DNA from: Candidatus Aminicenantes bacterium
GTDB taxonomy: Bacteria > Acidobacteriota > Aminicenantia > Aminicenantales > Saccharicenantaceae
Direction: 5' to 3'
Assembly (NCBI GenBank): GCA_963742235.1
Contig: CAVULT010000030.1
Coordinates: forward strand, 149,655-213,654
Length of the DNA: 64,000 nt
Position numbers and translations under genes: made by a program. The notes beneath the pieces were generated by a model. The model did no database searches, was not told the origin of the DNA, and was given only the letters and a program-made list of their open reading frames with translations. Position 1 is the stretch's first letter, and each line of letters starts with the position of its first letter. Positions 47,122 through 55,198 of this stretch are shown piece by piece.

Positions 47122-47596
47122 ATGGCCAAGCTCAGCCACGTCGATCGCCGGGGCAAGGCCCGTATGGTGGACGTCGGGCCCAAGGCCGTGACCCGGCGCG
47201 AAGCGGCGGCCTCGGCGTTCGTCAGGCTCGGTCCGGAAACGATCGGCCTCATCCGGAAGAACCGCATCGCCAAGGGCGAGGTCCTCGGCACGGCCCGGCT
47301 GGCGGGCATCCAGGCGGCCAAACGGGCCCATGAGCTCATCCCCCTGGCCCACCCCATTCCGCTCGAGAGCGATCGCCGTCGACCTGGACGTCGAGGAGTC
47401 GGGCGTCCGGGTCCTCTGCCGCGTCTCGGCCGAGGCCAAGACGGGCGCCGAGATGGAGGCCCTGACGGGCGCGGCCATCGCCGCCCTGACGATCTACGAC
47501 ATGGTCAAAGCCGTGGAGCGCGGGGCCGAGGTCGTCCGCCTCCGCCTCGACTACAAGAGCGGCGGCAAGAGCGGGGTCTTCCGGAGACGGGCATGA
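47122..47596 (+). pseudogene. moaC: Cyclic pyranopterin monophosphate synthase MoaC; apparent +1 frameshift
   Basis: The N-terminus MAKLSHVDRRGKARMVDVGPK...[18 protein letters not shown] is in the frame of ORF 47122. The C-terminus [48 protein letters not shown]...KSGGKSG is in ORF 47330-47596. The switch is at AGC-G-ATC, near 47371. Confidence 0.85.
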
Positions 47597-48060
47597 CCCG
47601 GAAGGCCGGCGGGCCGGGCACCGTCGTCTCGGTCAACACCAGCGTCAAGAAGGGGCAGATCAAGCGCCCGGTCGCGTCCGTCGAGATCCGCGCCGGCCGG
47701 GGCATCGAGGGCGACGCCCACCAGGATTTCGGCCGTCGGCAGGTCTCGCTCCTGGCCGTCGAGGACATCGACGCGCAGAAGGAGAGGCTCGGCGGCGGCC
47801 AGGCCGTCGCGCTCGGCCCGGGCGCCTTCGCCGAGAACCTGACCACGCGCGGCATCGACCTCGGCGCGCTCGTCATCGGCGACGAGCTTGTCGTCGCGGG
47901 CGTCGTGCGGCTGCGGGTCAGCCAGATCGGCAAGGAATGCCATACCAAGTGCGCGGTCTATCACCTCACCGGCGACTGCATCATGCCGGCCCGCGGCATC
48001 TTCTGCGAGGTCCTGAGCGGCGGCACGGTCCGCCCCGGAGACAGCCTTGAAAAGCGGTAA
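47593..48060 (+). CDS. MOSC domain protein
   Basis: The ATG overlaps the moaC stop (ATGA). The translation reads [17 protein letters not shown]...GIEGDAH...QVSLLA...GENLTT. Confidence 0.75.
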   Translation: MTRKAGGPGTVVSVNTSVKKGQIKRPVASVEIRAGRGIEGDAHQDFGRRQVSLLAVEDIDAQKERLGGGQAVALGPGAFAENLTTRGIDLGALVIGDELVVAGVVRLRVSQIGKECHTKCAVYHLTGDCIMPARGIFCEVLSGGTVRPGDSLEKR

Positions 48061-49019
48061 GGTCCTGCGCATCTCGGTCACGGACCGCTGCGATCTGCGC
48101 TGCATCTACTGCATGCCCGAGGCCGGCGTCGCTCTCGTCCCGATGGCGGACCTGCTGAGCTACGAGGAGATCGCCGCGATCGCCCGCGCGGCCATGGCCG
48201 CGGGGGTCCGGCGCTTCCGGCTGACGGGCGGCGAGCCGCTGGCCCGGCGGGGCGTCGCGTCCCTCGTCCGGCTGTTGGCCGCGCTCGGGCCCGACGACCT
48301 GGCCCTGACGACCAACGGCCTGCTCCTGGCCGATTTCGCGGCCGACCTCAAAGCGGCGGGGCTCATGCGGGTGACCGTCAGCCTGGACACGCTTCGCCCC
48401 GGCCGCTTCGCGGCCATCACCCGGCGGACGGGACTCGACCGCATCCTGGCCGGGATCGAGGCCGCCCGGGCGGCCGGCCTCGCGCCGGTCAAGGTCAACA
48501 TGGTCGTCATCCGCGGCGTCAACGACGACGAGATCGCCGATTTCGTCCGCTTCGCCGTGAAGGAAGGCGTCGAGCTGCGCTTCATCGAGCTCATGCCGAC
48601 GAGCGGGCTCACGCCCGAATGCAAAGAGCTCGGAGCCTGGCGGCCGGCGCTCTTCGTCAAAGGCGAAGAGGTGCGGGCCCGGATCGCCCGAGGCGTTCGG
48701 CCCCTTGGAGCGGCTCCCGGAAGATGGCGGCGTCGCGGACATGTATCTCCTCGACCGCCGGACGCGCCTCGGTTTCATCGCGCCCGTCTCCGAGCCCTTC
48801 TGTCAGGGCTGCGGACGGCTGCGGCTGGGCCCGGACGGCCGGCTGAGGATCTGCCTCTTCGACCGGGCCGGGATCGATCTGCGGGAGTTCCTGCGCGAAG
48901 TCAAGGCCGGTCCGGCCGAGATCGAGGCCGTCATCAAGGCGGCCTTCGCGGCCAAGACGACGTGGGAGCGGGGCGCGATCGAGAGCCTGTCGAACGACAT
49001 GTTCAGGATCGGAGGGTGA
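48047..49019 (+). pseudogene. moaA: GTP 3',8-cyclase MoaA (radical SAM); apparent +1 frameshift
   Basis: The N-terminus LRISVTDRCDLRCIYCMP...RLTGGEPL...LTTNG...VKVNMVVIRGVNDDE is in the ORF 48047 frame. The C-terminus EAFGPLERLPEDGG...FCQGCGRLRLGPDGRLRICLF is in ORF 48705-49019. The switch is at ATCGCCCGAGG, near 48687-48689. Confidence 0.85.
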
Positions 49020-49021
49020 CG

Positions 49022-49633
49022 ATGAAGGTCGGGATCCTCACGGTGAGCGACAAAGGGGCCAGGGGCGAGCGAGAGGACCGGAGCGGGCCGGCCATCCGCG
49101 AGATGATCGAGGCCGCGGGCGGCGAGGTCGTGCGGGCGAAGATCGTGCCGGACGAGCCGGAAGACATCCGGGCCGTGCTCATCGACTGGTCGAGCGAGGG
49201 CTTGGACCTCGTCCTGACAACCGGGGGAACGGGGTTCAGCCCGCGCGACTGGACGCCCGAAGCGACGAAAAGCGTCATCGATCGTGAGGCCCCGGGCCTG
49301 ACGGAGGCCATGCGGCGGGCCGGGGCCGAGAAGACGCCGACGGCCATGCTCAGCCGGGCCGCCGCCGGCATCCGGAGATCGACGCTGATCGTCAATCTTC
49401 CCGGGAGCGAGAAAGCCGTGCGGGAGGGCCTGGAGGTCCTCCTGCCCGCCCTGCCGCACGCCGTCGACATCCTCAGGGGCACGGCGTCGGAGTGCGCCGG
49501 GCGCCGTCACGATGAGCCGGATCACTCATCGAGCGGGCCGGGCTTGAAGGAACGGCCCTTCTTCTTCTCGCCGAGGCGATGCTTGTCGGCGAGCATCTTA
49601 TCCTTGGCCCGCTTGGAGCGCTTCCGCTTCTGA
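49022..49633 (+). CDS. moaB: MoaB/MogA-family molybdenum cofactor biosynthesis protein
   Basis: The translation reads MKVGILTVSDKGARGEREDRSG...LVLTTGGTGFSPRD...MLSRAAAGIR...LIVNLPGS. The roughly 35 residues after HAVDILRG look non-homologous and overlap the convergent arfB-like gene, so the true stop may be earlier. Confidence 0.8.
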   Translation: MKVGILTVSDKGARGEREDRSGPAIREMIEAAGGEVVRAKIVPDEPEDIRAVLIDWSSEGLDLVLTTGGTGFSPRDWTPEATKSVIDREAPGLTEAMRRAGAEKTPTAMLSRAAAGIRRSTLIVNLPGSEKAVREGLEVLLPALPHAVDILRGTASECAGRRHDEPDHSSSGPGLKERPFFFSPRRCLSASILSLARLERFRF

Positions 49634-49950
49634 CGGCGGATCTTGGCGATCCTCTGTTCCTCCTGGCTCTCTTTCCCGAGGACGGCCGATTCGATCTTGT
49701 CGGTCAGGATGCGGCGGGCCAGGTACCTGTTGAGGGACTGGAAGCGCTCCTGCTGGCACTTGACCTCAGTGCCCGTGGGCAGGTGCTTGAGGTAGACGCA
49801 GGTCGCGACCTTGTTGACGTTCTGGCCGCCGTGGCCTCCCGAGCGGATGAACTTCTCGACGATGTCCTCTTCGCGGATGCCGAGCCGCTCCATCCTGTCC
49901 GCCAGGGCCTGCTCTTTCTCGGGGCTGACGCCGAATGTGGGCATATTCAC
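49522..49950 (-). CDS. arfB: ArfB-like peptidyl-tRNA hydrolase (RF-1 domain with GGQ and a basic tail)
   Basis: SGGHGGQNVNKV GGQ motif, about 140 aa, with a Lys/Arg-rich C-terminal tail (RRQKRKRSKRAKDK). GTG start at 49950 or ATG at 49944. Confidence 0.75.
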   Translation of the reverse strand: MNMPTFGVSPEKEQALADRMERLGIREEDIVEKFIRSGGHGGQNVNKVATCVYLKHLPTGTEVKCQQERFQSLNRYLARRILTDKIESAVLGKESQEEQRIAKIRRQKRKRSKRAKDKMLADKHRLGEKKKGRSFKPGPLDE

Positions 49951-49958
49951 ATGTTACC

Positions 49959-50070
49959 AAATCGGGGACACAATACCATTTTCCGATTTCACCAGCTGGG
50001 CGAGTGACCGGGACCCAAAAATGACGTTTCCTGTTCTGCCCCGGAAATCGGAAATGGTATTGTGCCGCGG
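49959..50070. repeat. Composite inverted-repeat (MITE-like) element starting with AAATCGGGGACAC
   Basis: CACAATACCATTTTCCGATTTC (49969-49990) and GAAATCGGAAATGGTATTGTG (50044-50064) are inverted repeats with one indel, separated by 53 nt. The left end shares AATCGGGGACAC with the other elements. Confidence 0.7.
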
Positions 50071-50121
50071 AATCAAGTGGAATAAACTCGATCTTCAGGC
50101 GTCAAAAATACGGAGGTCCTC

Positions 50122-51892
50122 ATGAAGCCGACACCCAAAACTCTCGTCGCTATAGCCGCATTGATCCTCATCGCGCTCTCAACGGCCGGCCAGACGCCGC
50201 CGGCCGCCCCCCAAAACACCGCCTTCGGGGCAGGCCCCGCGTCCCCAGGGTGTCCCCTTCCAGCCGCCGCCCGTCGCCCCGGTCCCGCCTCCGCCCCCGG
50301 CTCCCGCCTCGGGCCCCAAGACGACGGCCGAAGCGACCGATTACGCCGCGACGTCGACCTATGCCGACGTTCTCGCTTTCGTCCGCGACCTCCAGAGGCT
50401 TTCGCCCCTGGTCCGCGTCGAGACGATGGCCACCTCGACCGAGGGACGCGCCATCCCGCTCGTCGTCATCGGCCGGCCCGCCCCCGAGGATCCGCTCGCC
50501 GTGCGTTACGACAAGCGCATCGTCCTCTACTTCCAGGCCAACATCCACGCCGGCGAGGTCGAGGGCAAGGAAGCGACGCTGATGCTCGCCCGCGACATCG
50601 TCCTCGATCCCAAGCTGCCCTATCTCGACAAGATCGTCCTGCTCATCGCGCCCATCTTCAACGCCGACGGCAACGACAAGATGGACCCGGCGAACCGCAG
50701 GGGCCAGGTCGGCCCGGAAAAGGGCTCCGGCCTGCGCCAGAACGGCCAGAACCTCGACCTCAACCGGGACGCGATGAAGCTCGAGAGTCCGGAGATGCGG
50801 GGCCTGGTCCGCAACGTCCTCGAACGCTGGGACCCTCTTCTCCTCGTGGATTGCCACACGACCGACGGCTCCTTCCACCAGGAGCCGGTGACCTACTCCT
50901 GGCCGCTCTGCCCGAACGGCGATCCGGCTATCCTGAAATATGCCCGCGATAAGATGCTCCCGGCGGTCGACGCCGCCCTCGAGAAGAAATACGGCACCCT
51001 GTCCGTCCCCTACGGCGACCCCATGGATTTCAAGGACATGGAAAAGGGCTGGCAGACCTTCGGACACCAGCCTCGCTACATGACCAATTACGTCGGCCTG
51101 CGCGACCGGCTCTCCGTCCTCATCGAGAACTACAACTATGCCGACTTCAGGACCCGCGTCGCCGGCAACTACCATATGCTCCAGGCTCTCCTCGACTATT
51201 GCTGGGCCAACGCCGCGGAGCTCCAGCGCCTCGTCGCCGACGCAGACGCCCGGACAGTCCAGAGCGGCCTCGCGCCCGGTGAAGCCGACACTTTCGGTCT
51301 GGACATCGACGTCCAGCCCCTCCCGGGCAAGGTCACGATCCTCGGCTACGAGATGGAGGCGCCGACCGCGCCCGCCGAGGGCGGAGGCGGTCCCTTCCCG
51401 AGGATGAGACCGACCGACCGCAAGAAAGCCTACGTCATGCCCTATTACGCCGACTTCGTGGCCAAGCGCACGGTCCGTCTCCCCTACGCCTATCTCATCC
51501 CGCTCGCGGCGACGGACGTCCCCGACAAGCTCCGCCAGCACGGCATCTCCGTCGAGCGCTTGACCGCGCCCGCGACTCTCGAAACGGAGGCCTTCCGCCT
51601 CAAGGAGGTCAAGGGCGCCGAGCGCCTCTACCAGGGGCACCGGACGAACTCGGTCAAGGGCGAGTATGCCCTCGAGAAGCGGGAATTCCCCCAGGGGACG
51701 TGGCTCGTCCGGACGGCCCAGCCCCTGGGCCGGCTGGCCGCCTACCTCCTCGAGCCGGAGAGCGACGACGGCCTCCTCGTCTGGAATTATTTCGACCGGG
51801 ACATCGTCAGCCAGTGGGGCCGCGGGGCGCAAACCTACCCCGTCTTCAAGCTCTATACCCCTCAGAACCTGGCCTCCGAGGTCGTTGACTAG
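50122..51892 (+). pseudogene. Secreted M14 zinc carboxypeptidase; apparent +1 frameshift after the signal peptide
   Basis: The signal peptide MKPTPKTLVAIAALILIALSTAGQ is in the frame of ORF 50122. The mature enzyme (KTTAEATDYAAT...YFQANIHAGEVEGKEA...NADGND...NLDLNRD...VDCHTTDG) is one frame over and open from 50165. The only plausible junction is the C6A4 run at 50207-50216. Confidence 0.8.
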
Positions 51893-51903
51893 CCGCGGAG
51901 AAG

Positions 51904-52725
51904 CTACTTCTTTTTCTTTTTGGCCGAGACCAGGTACTTGCCGCAGTTCTCGCAGACGTAGATGTCGTTGGAGTCTTCCATGGCCGAATACATCTGCGTC
52001 GAGATGTTGATGTTGCAGCTCTGGCAGACGCCGTCGATGGCGTCGGCCACGGCGAAACCGTAGCGCTCCATCAGCCGGTCGAAGCGGGACAAGACATCGC
52101 GATCGAACTCTTCCCGGATCATGGCCGCGTGCTTCTGGAGCTCCTTCTGCTGCTCCTTGGTGGCTTTCTTCTTCCGCAGCTCGATCTCCTGGAGCTTCTT
52201 GAGCATCCGGGCCCGGCTGACGATCTTCTCCTCGTGGACGAACTTGAATTCGATCCCGGCGAGGATGTCGTAGAGCTCCGCCTTGTCCTTGGCCGCCTGG
52301 ATCCGGCCGCGGTTCTCGGGCCGGATGAGGAAGCGGGCCAGGCCGGCGAAGAGGTGATTGAAGAGGCCGGGCAGGGTCGGGTTCCAGACGACGAGGATGA
52401 TCAGGTGGACTTTCTGGCCGTCGTGGGCGTCGAAGTCGATGCCCTTCTCCGACCGGCCGACGGCGACGGCGATCTCGCCTTCGGCGTCGACGCGGGCGTG
52501 GGGCAGGGCGACGCCGCAGCCGATGGCCGTGGAGACGAGGTTCTCGCGGTCGATGATGCGGGTCAGGGTCAGCTTCTTGTTGTCGATGAGCTTCTGTTTG
52601 GCCAGCAGGTCCAGGAGCTCTTCGATGGCCTCGACCTTATCCTTGCTCTTGAGGTCAAAAATGACCTGGTGGGGTTTGAGGTAATCGGAAAAGCGGGTGA
52701 TATGGGGGGCGGGTTTGTTCTCCAT
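51904..52725 (-). CDS. PTS EIIA(Ntr/Fru)-type domain fused to a coiled-coil plus C4 zinc-ribbon (DUF164/CT398-HP0958-like) domain
   Basis: The N-terminal 150 aa read FDLKSKDKVEAIEELL...STAIGCGVALPHARV...LIILVV, an EIIA_2 pattern with the phospho-His context. A Lys/Glu-rich coiled coil follows, then CQSCNINIS...YVCENCGKYLV. Confidence 0.7.
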   Translation of the reverse strand: MENKPAPHITRFSDYLKPHQVIFDLKSKDKVEAIEELLDLLAKQKLIDNKKLTLTRIIDRENLVSTAIGCGVALPHARVDAEGEIAVAVGRSEKGIDFDAHDGQKVHLIILVVWNPTLPGLFNHLFAGLARFLIRPENRGRIQAAKDKAELYDILAGIEFKFVHEEKIVSRARMLKKLQEIELRKKKATKEQQKELQKHAAMIREEFDRDVLSRFDRLMERYGFAVADAIDGVCQSCNINISTQMYSAMEDSNDIYVCENCGKYLVSAKKKKK

Positions 52726-52803
52726 TACTCAAAAGTTTAGCACACCCGGCGTGAAAAGCCAATGCCCGGTTTCGGGGCGCGCTTTGGCCCGGCCCCGAGC
52801 GTC

Positions 52804-54432
52804 TTATTTGACCGACGAACGCGCGAACGAGCTCGTCGGCAGGAACTGCGGCAGCGCCTCGCGCTCCTGGAGGAGCGAGATGATGCCCCGGGCCCAATCG
52901 ATGATCTGCAGCGCGCCGCGGAGGTCCCAGTCGGGCTGGATCTCGTCGGTCACCTTGTGGTACTTCGTCGCCCGGTAGTCCGCGAACTTCCGCTGGATCA
53001 GGCCCTTGTCCGGCCCCCGGGACACGACGCCCTGGCTGAGCCAGACGCCGGGGATGCCGGCCCGGGCGAAGCTGATCTGGTCGGAACGGTAGAAGAAGCC
53101 GAGCTCCCCGTTCCGCTCGGGGGTGTAGCGCAGGCCCAGCTTTTCGGCGGCTTCCCGGCAGACGGCGTCGAGGTCCGATTGCCGGGCCCCGACGGCGAAG
53201 ACGTCCTCGGTCTCGCCCCAGACGTTGGTCATCTCGAAGTTGATGTCGGCGACCGCGGTCTCCTTGGCGAAGGGCAGGTGGCGGGCGAAATAGTCGGACC
53301 CGAGGACGAGCTGCTCCTCGGCGGTCACGGCGACGAAGCAGAGATCGACCTTGAGCTGTTTGGGGCGTTGGGCGTAATAGCCGGCGGTGGCCAGAAGGGC
53401 GGCCGAGGCGGCGCAGTTGTCCAGGGCCCCGTTGTAGATCTGGTCCCCTTGAAGCGTCTCGTCTTTTCCGAAGTGATCGTAATGGGCCGAGAGAACGATC
53501 GTCCGCATCTTCGCGGCCGGGTGCTTGGCCTTGACGATGCCGGCCACGTTGACGCCGTCGACGGTCCGGTAGACGCGGTGCTGGCGGACCGTCGCCTTCA
53601 GGCCGAGCGGCACGGGCGCGAAGTCGGGCGTCTCGGCCTTTTCCCGCAGGGCCTTGCGGTCGAGCTTGGCCGCGGCCAGGATGCGGTCGGCCGTTTCGCC
53701 GGCAAGCCAGCCCTCGAACAGGAGCCGGGGGTTGCGGTCCGGGAGGAAGAAGCTCTCGTTGGCCCACGAGGCCCTCAGGACGTCCCAGCCGTAGGCCGCG
53801 CCTTTCGTATCGTGGATGATGAGGACGCCCGCCGCGCCGAGCTCCTCGGCCTTCTCGTACTTGTAGGGCCAGCGACCGTAATAGGTCATGTCCTCGCCGT
53901 CAAAGACGCCTCCGGGGAAATTCCCCGGCTCGTTCACTTCGACGAGCAGGATCTTGCCCGTGAGGTCGAGGCCCTTGACGTCGTCCCAATTCCGCTCGGG
54001 CGCCTGCACGAGGTAGCCGCAGTAGACGATCTCTCCTGCCGCTTCGGGCGGCGCATCCTCGCGCTCGGACCTGACGACGAACTCGTCCCAGAGAACCGGG
54101 GCGAGCGCGACGCCCGGCCCGGCGACCTCGAGCGACGCGGCCGGGTCCGGCCGCGAGCCTCTGAGCGGGAAGGTCTGCCTGTAGCTCGTTCCGAAAGCCG
54201 GCTCGAGACCCATCGTCCGGAAATAGTCCTCGTGATAGCGGGCGGCGAGCTCGATGCCCTTCGTCCCCACCGCCCGGCCCTCGAGCTGGTCGCTCGAGAG
54301 ATAACGGATGTGGGCCGCGATCTCGTCGACCGTGACGGGTTCCATCCGGCTCGACGAGCCTTGGCAGGACCACAGGGACGCGATCAGGGCGATCATGCCG
54401 AAAAGCCCGGTCGCGCGTTTTCGTCGGAACAT
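52804..54432 (-). CDS. M28 family peptidase lipoprotein with a PA domain
   Basis: Starts at MFRRKRATGLFGMIALIASLWSC (lipobox). SAHYDHFG, NGALDNCAASAALL, AVTAEEQLVLGS and NFEM are M28 motifs. The ORF-track extension to 54972 is Arg/Gly-rich and non-coding-like. Confidence 0.85.
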   Translation of the reverse strand: MFRRKRATGLFGMIALIASLWSCQGSSSRMEPVTVDEIAAHIRYLSSDQLEGRAVGTKGIELAARYHEDYFRTMGLEPAFGTSYRQTFPLRGSRPDPAASLEVAGPGVALAPVLWDEFVVRSEREDAPPEAAGEIVYCGYLVQAPERNWDDVKGLDLTGKILLVEVNEPGNFPGGVFDGEDMTYYGRWPYKYEKAEELGAAGVLIIHDTKGAAYGWDVLRASWANESFFLPDRNPRLLFEGWLAGETADRILAAAKLDRKALREKAETPDFAPVPLGLKATVRQHRVYRTVDGVNVAGIVKAKHPAAKMRTIVLSAHYDHFGKDETLQGDQIYNGALDNCAASAALLATAGYYAQRPKQLKVDLCFVAVTAEEQLVLGSDYFARHLPFAKETAVADINFEMTNVWGETEDVFAVGARQSDLDAVCREAAEKLGLRYTPERNGELGFFYRSDQISFARAGIPGVWLSQGVVSRGPDKGLIQRKFADYRATKYHKVTDEIQPDWDLRGALQIIDWARGIISLLQEREALPQFLPTSSFARSSVK

Positions 54433-54514
54433 GGCGTCCTCCGTGATGCGCTCCAAGCGCGGGGACGATGATAGCACAGAACGCGGCGAAAGGCCCGGCG
54501 GCGGGTCCTTCCAT

Positions 54515-54543
54515 TTGACCGCGCCGGGCCTTTGTCCTAACAT
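54515..54543 (+). promoter_or_regulatory. Candidate promoter (TTGACC-N17-TAACAT)
   Basis: Hexamers at 54515-20 and 54538-43, 40 nt upstream of the ATG at 54583, which has an AAAGGAG RBS. Confidence 0.35.
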
Positions 54544-54582
54544 GGGCTCTCGCGCCGCACGCGCCGGCGAAAGGAGTCCACC

Positions 54583-55197
54583 ATGTCGAGATGCCATAAG
54601 CCCGTCGCGGTCCTCGCCGCGGCCGCCGTCATTGCCGTCCTCGTCCCCGTCTCTCTCGCGGGCCAGACCGCGGAGCCCAGGGCGGAGCTCCCGGCGCTGA
54701 TCACGTCCTGCGGCCAGAGCAACGCCCCGACGACGATCAAGATCGTCATGCAGCGGCTGAAGATGGCCTACGACATCGATCCCCTGGCGACCCCGGAGAT
54801 GCTCCAGGCCAAGGCCAAGGCCGGGACCCCCTACAAGACTCTGATCATCACTATGGGCGCCAGCCTCAAGGGCATGGGCGCGGCCGGGATCCAGATCGAG
54901 GACGAGATCGGTCGAGCCGAGGCCCTCATCGCCGAGGCCCGCAAGGAAGGCATCAAGATCATCGGCGCCCACATCGAGGGACTGAAGCGCCGCTCGCAGG
55001 GCGCGGCGGCCGGCGACACGACCGACGAGCAGACGATCGACGCCGTGGGCCCGAACTCGGACATCCTTCTCGTCTACAAGGAAGGGAACTCCGACGGCCG
55101 CTTCACGGTCATCTCCAGATCCAAGAAGATCCCGCTCATCGAGTTCGAGAAGACCAAGGACCTGATCCCGACCTTGGAGAAGCTGTTCTCGAAATAG
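54583..55197 (+). CDS. Secreted hypothetical protein (Rossmann-like alternation)
   Basis: AAGGAG RBS and a signal peptide. It shows an alternating beta-alpha pattern (TTIKIVM, TLIITMGASLKG, IKIIGAHIEG). No family recognised. Confidence 0.6.
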   Translation: MSRCHKPVAVLAAAAVIAVLVPVSLAGQTAEPRAELPALITSCGQSNAPTTIKIVMQRLKMAYDIDPLATPEMLQAKAKAGTPYKTLIITMGASLKGMGAAGIQIEDEIGRAEALIAEARKEGIKIIGAHIEGLKRRSQGAAAGDTTDEQTIDAVGPNSDILLVYKEGNSDGRFTVISRSKKIPLIEFEKTKDLIPTLEKLFSK

Positions 55198-55198
55198 C

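Noticed and set aside
47369-47376. GCGATCGC (HIP1-like octamer) at the moaC frameshift site
   Set aside because: I noticed only this one occurrence when scanning by eye (not an exhaustive search). There is no evidence of an iterated-palindrome family here.
47122-49633. Reading ORFs 47122-48060 (312 aa) and 48047-49633 (528 aa) as genuine MoaC-MOSC and MoaA-MoaB fusion proteins
   Set aside because: The middle of each ORF is Arg/Gly/Pro-rich nonsense, while the authentic MoaC and MoaA C-terminal halves are intact one frame over. A single-base indel explains both better than evolved fusions.
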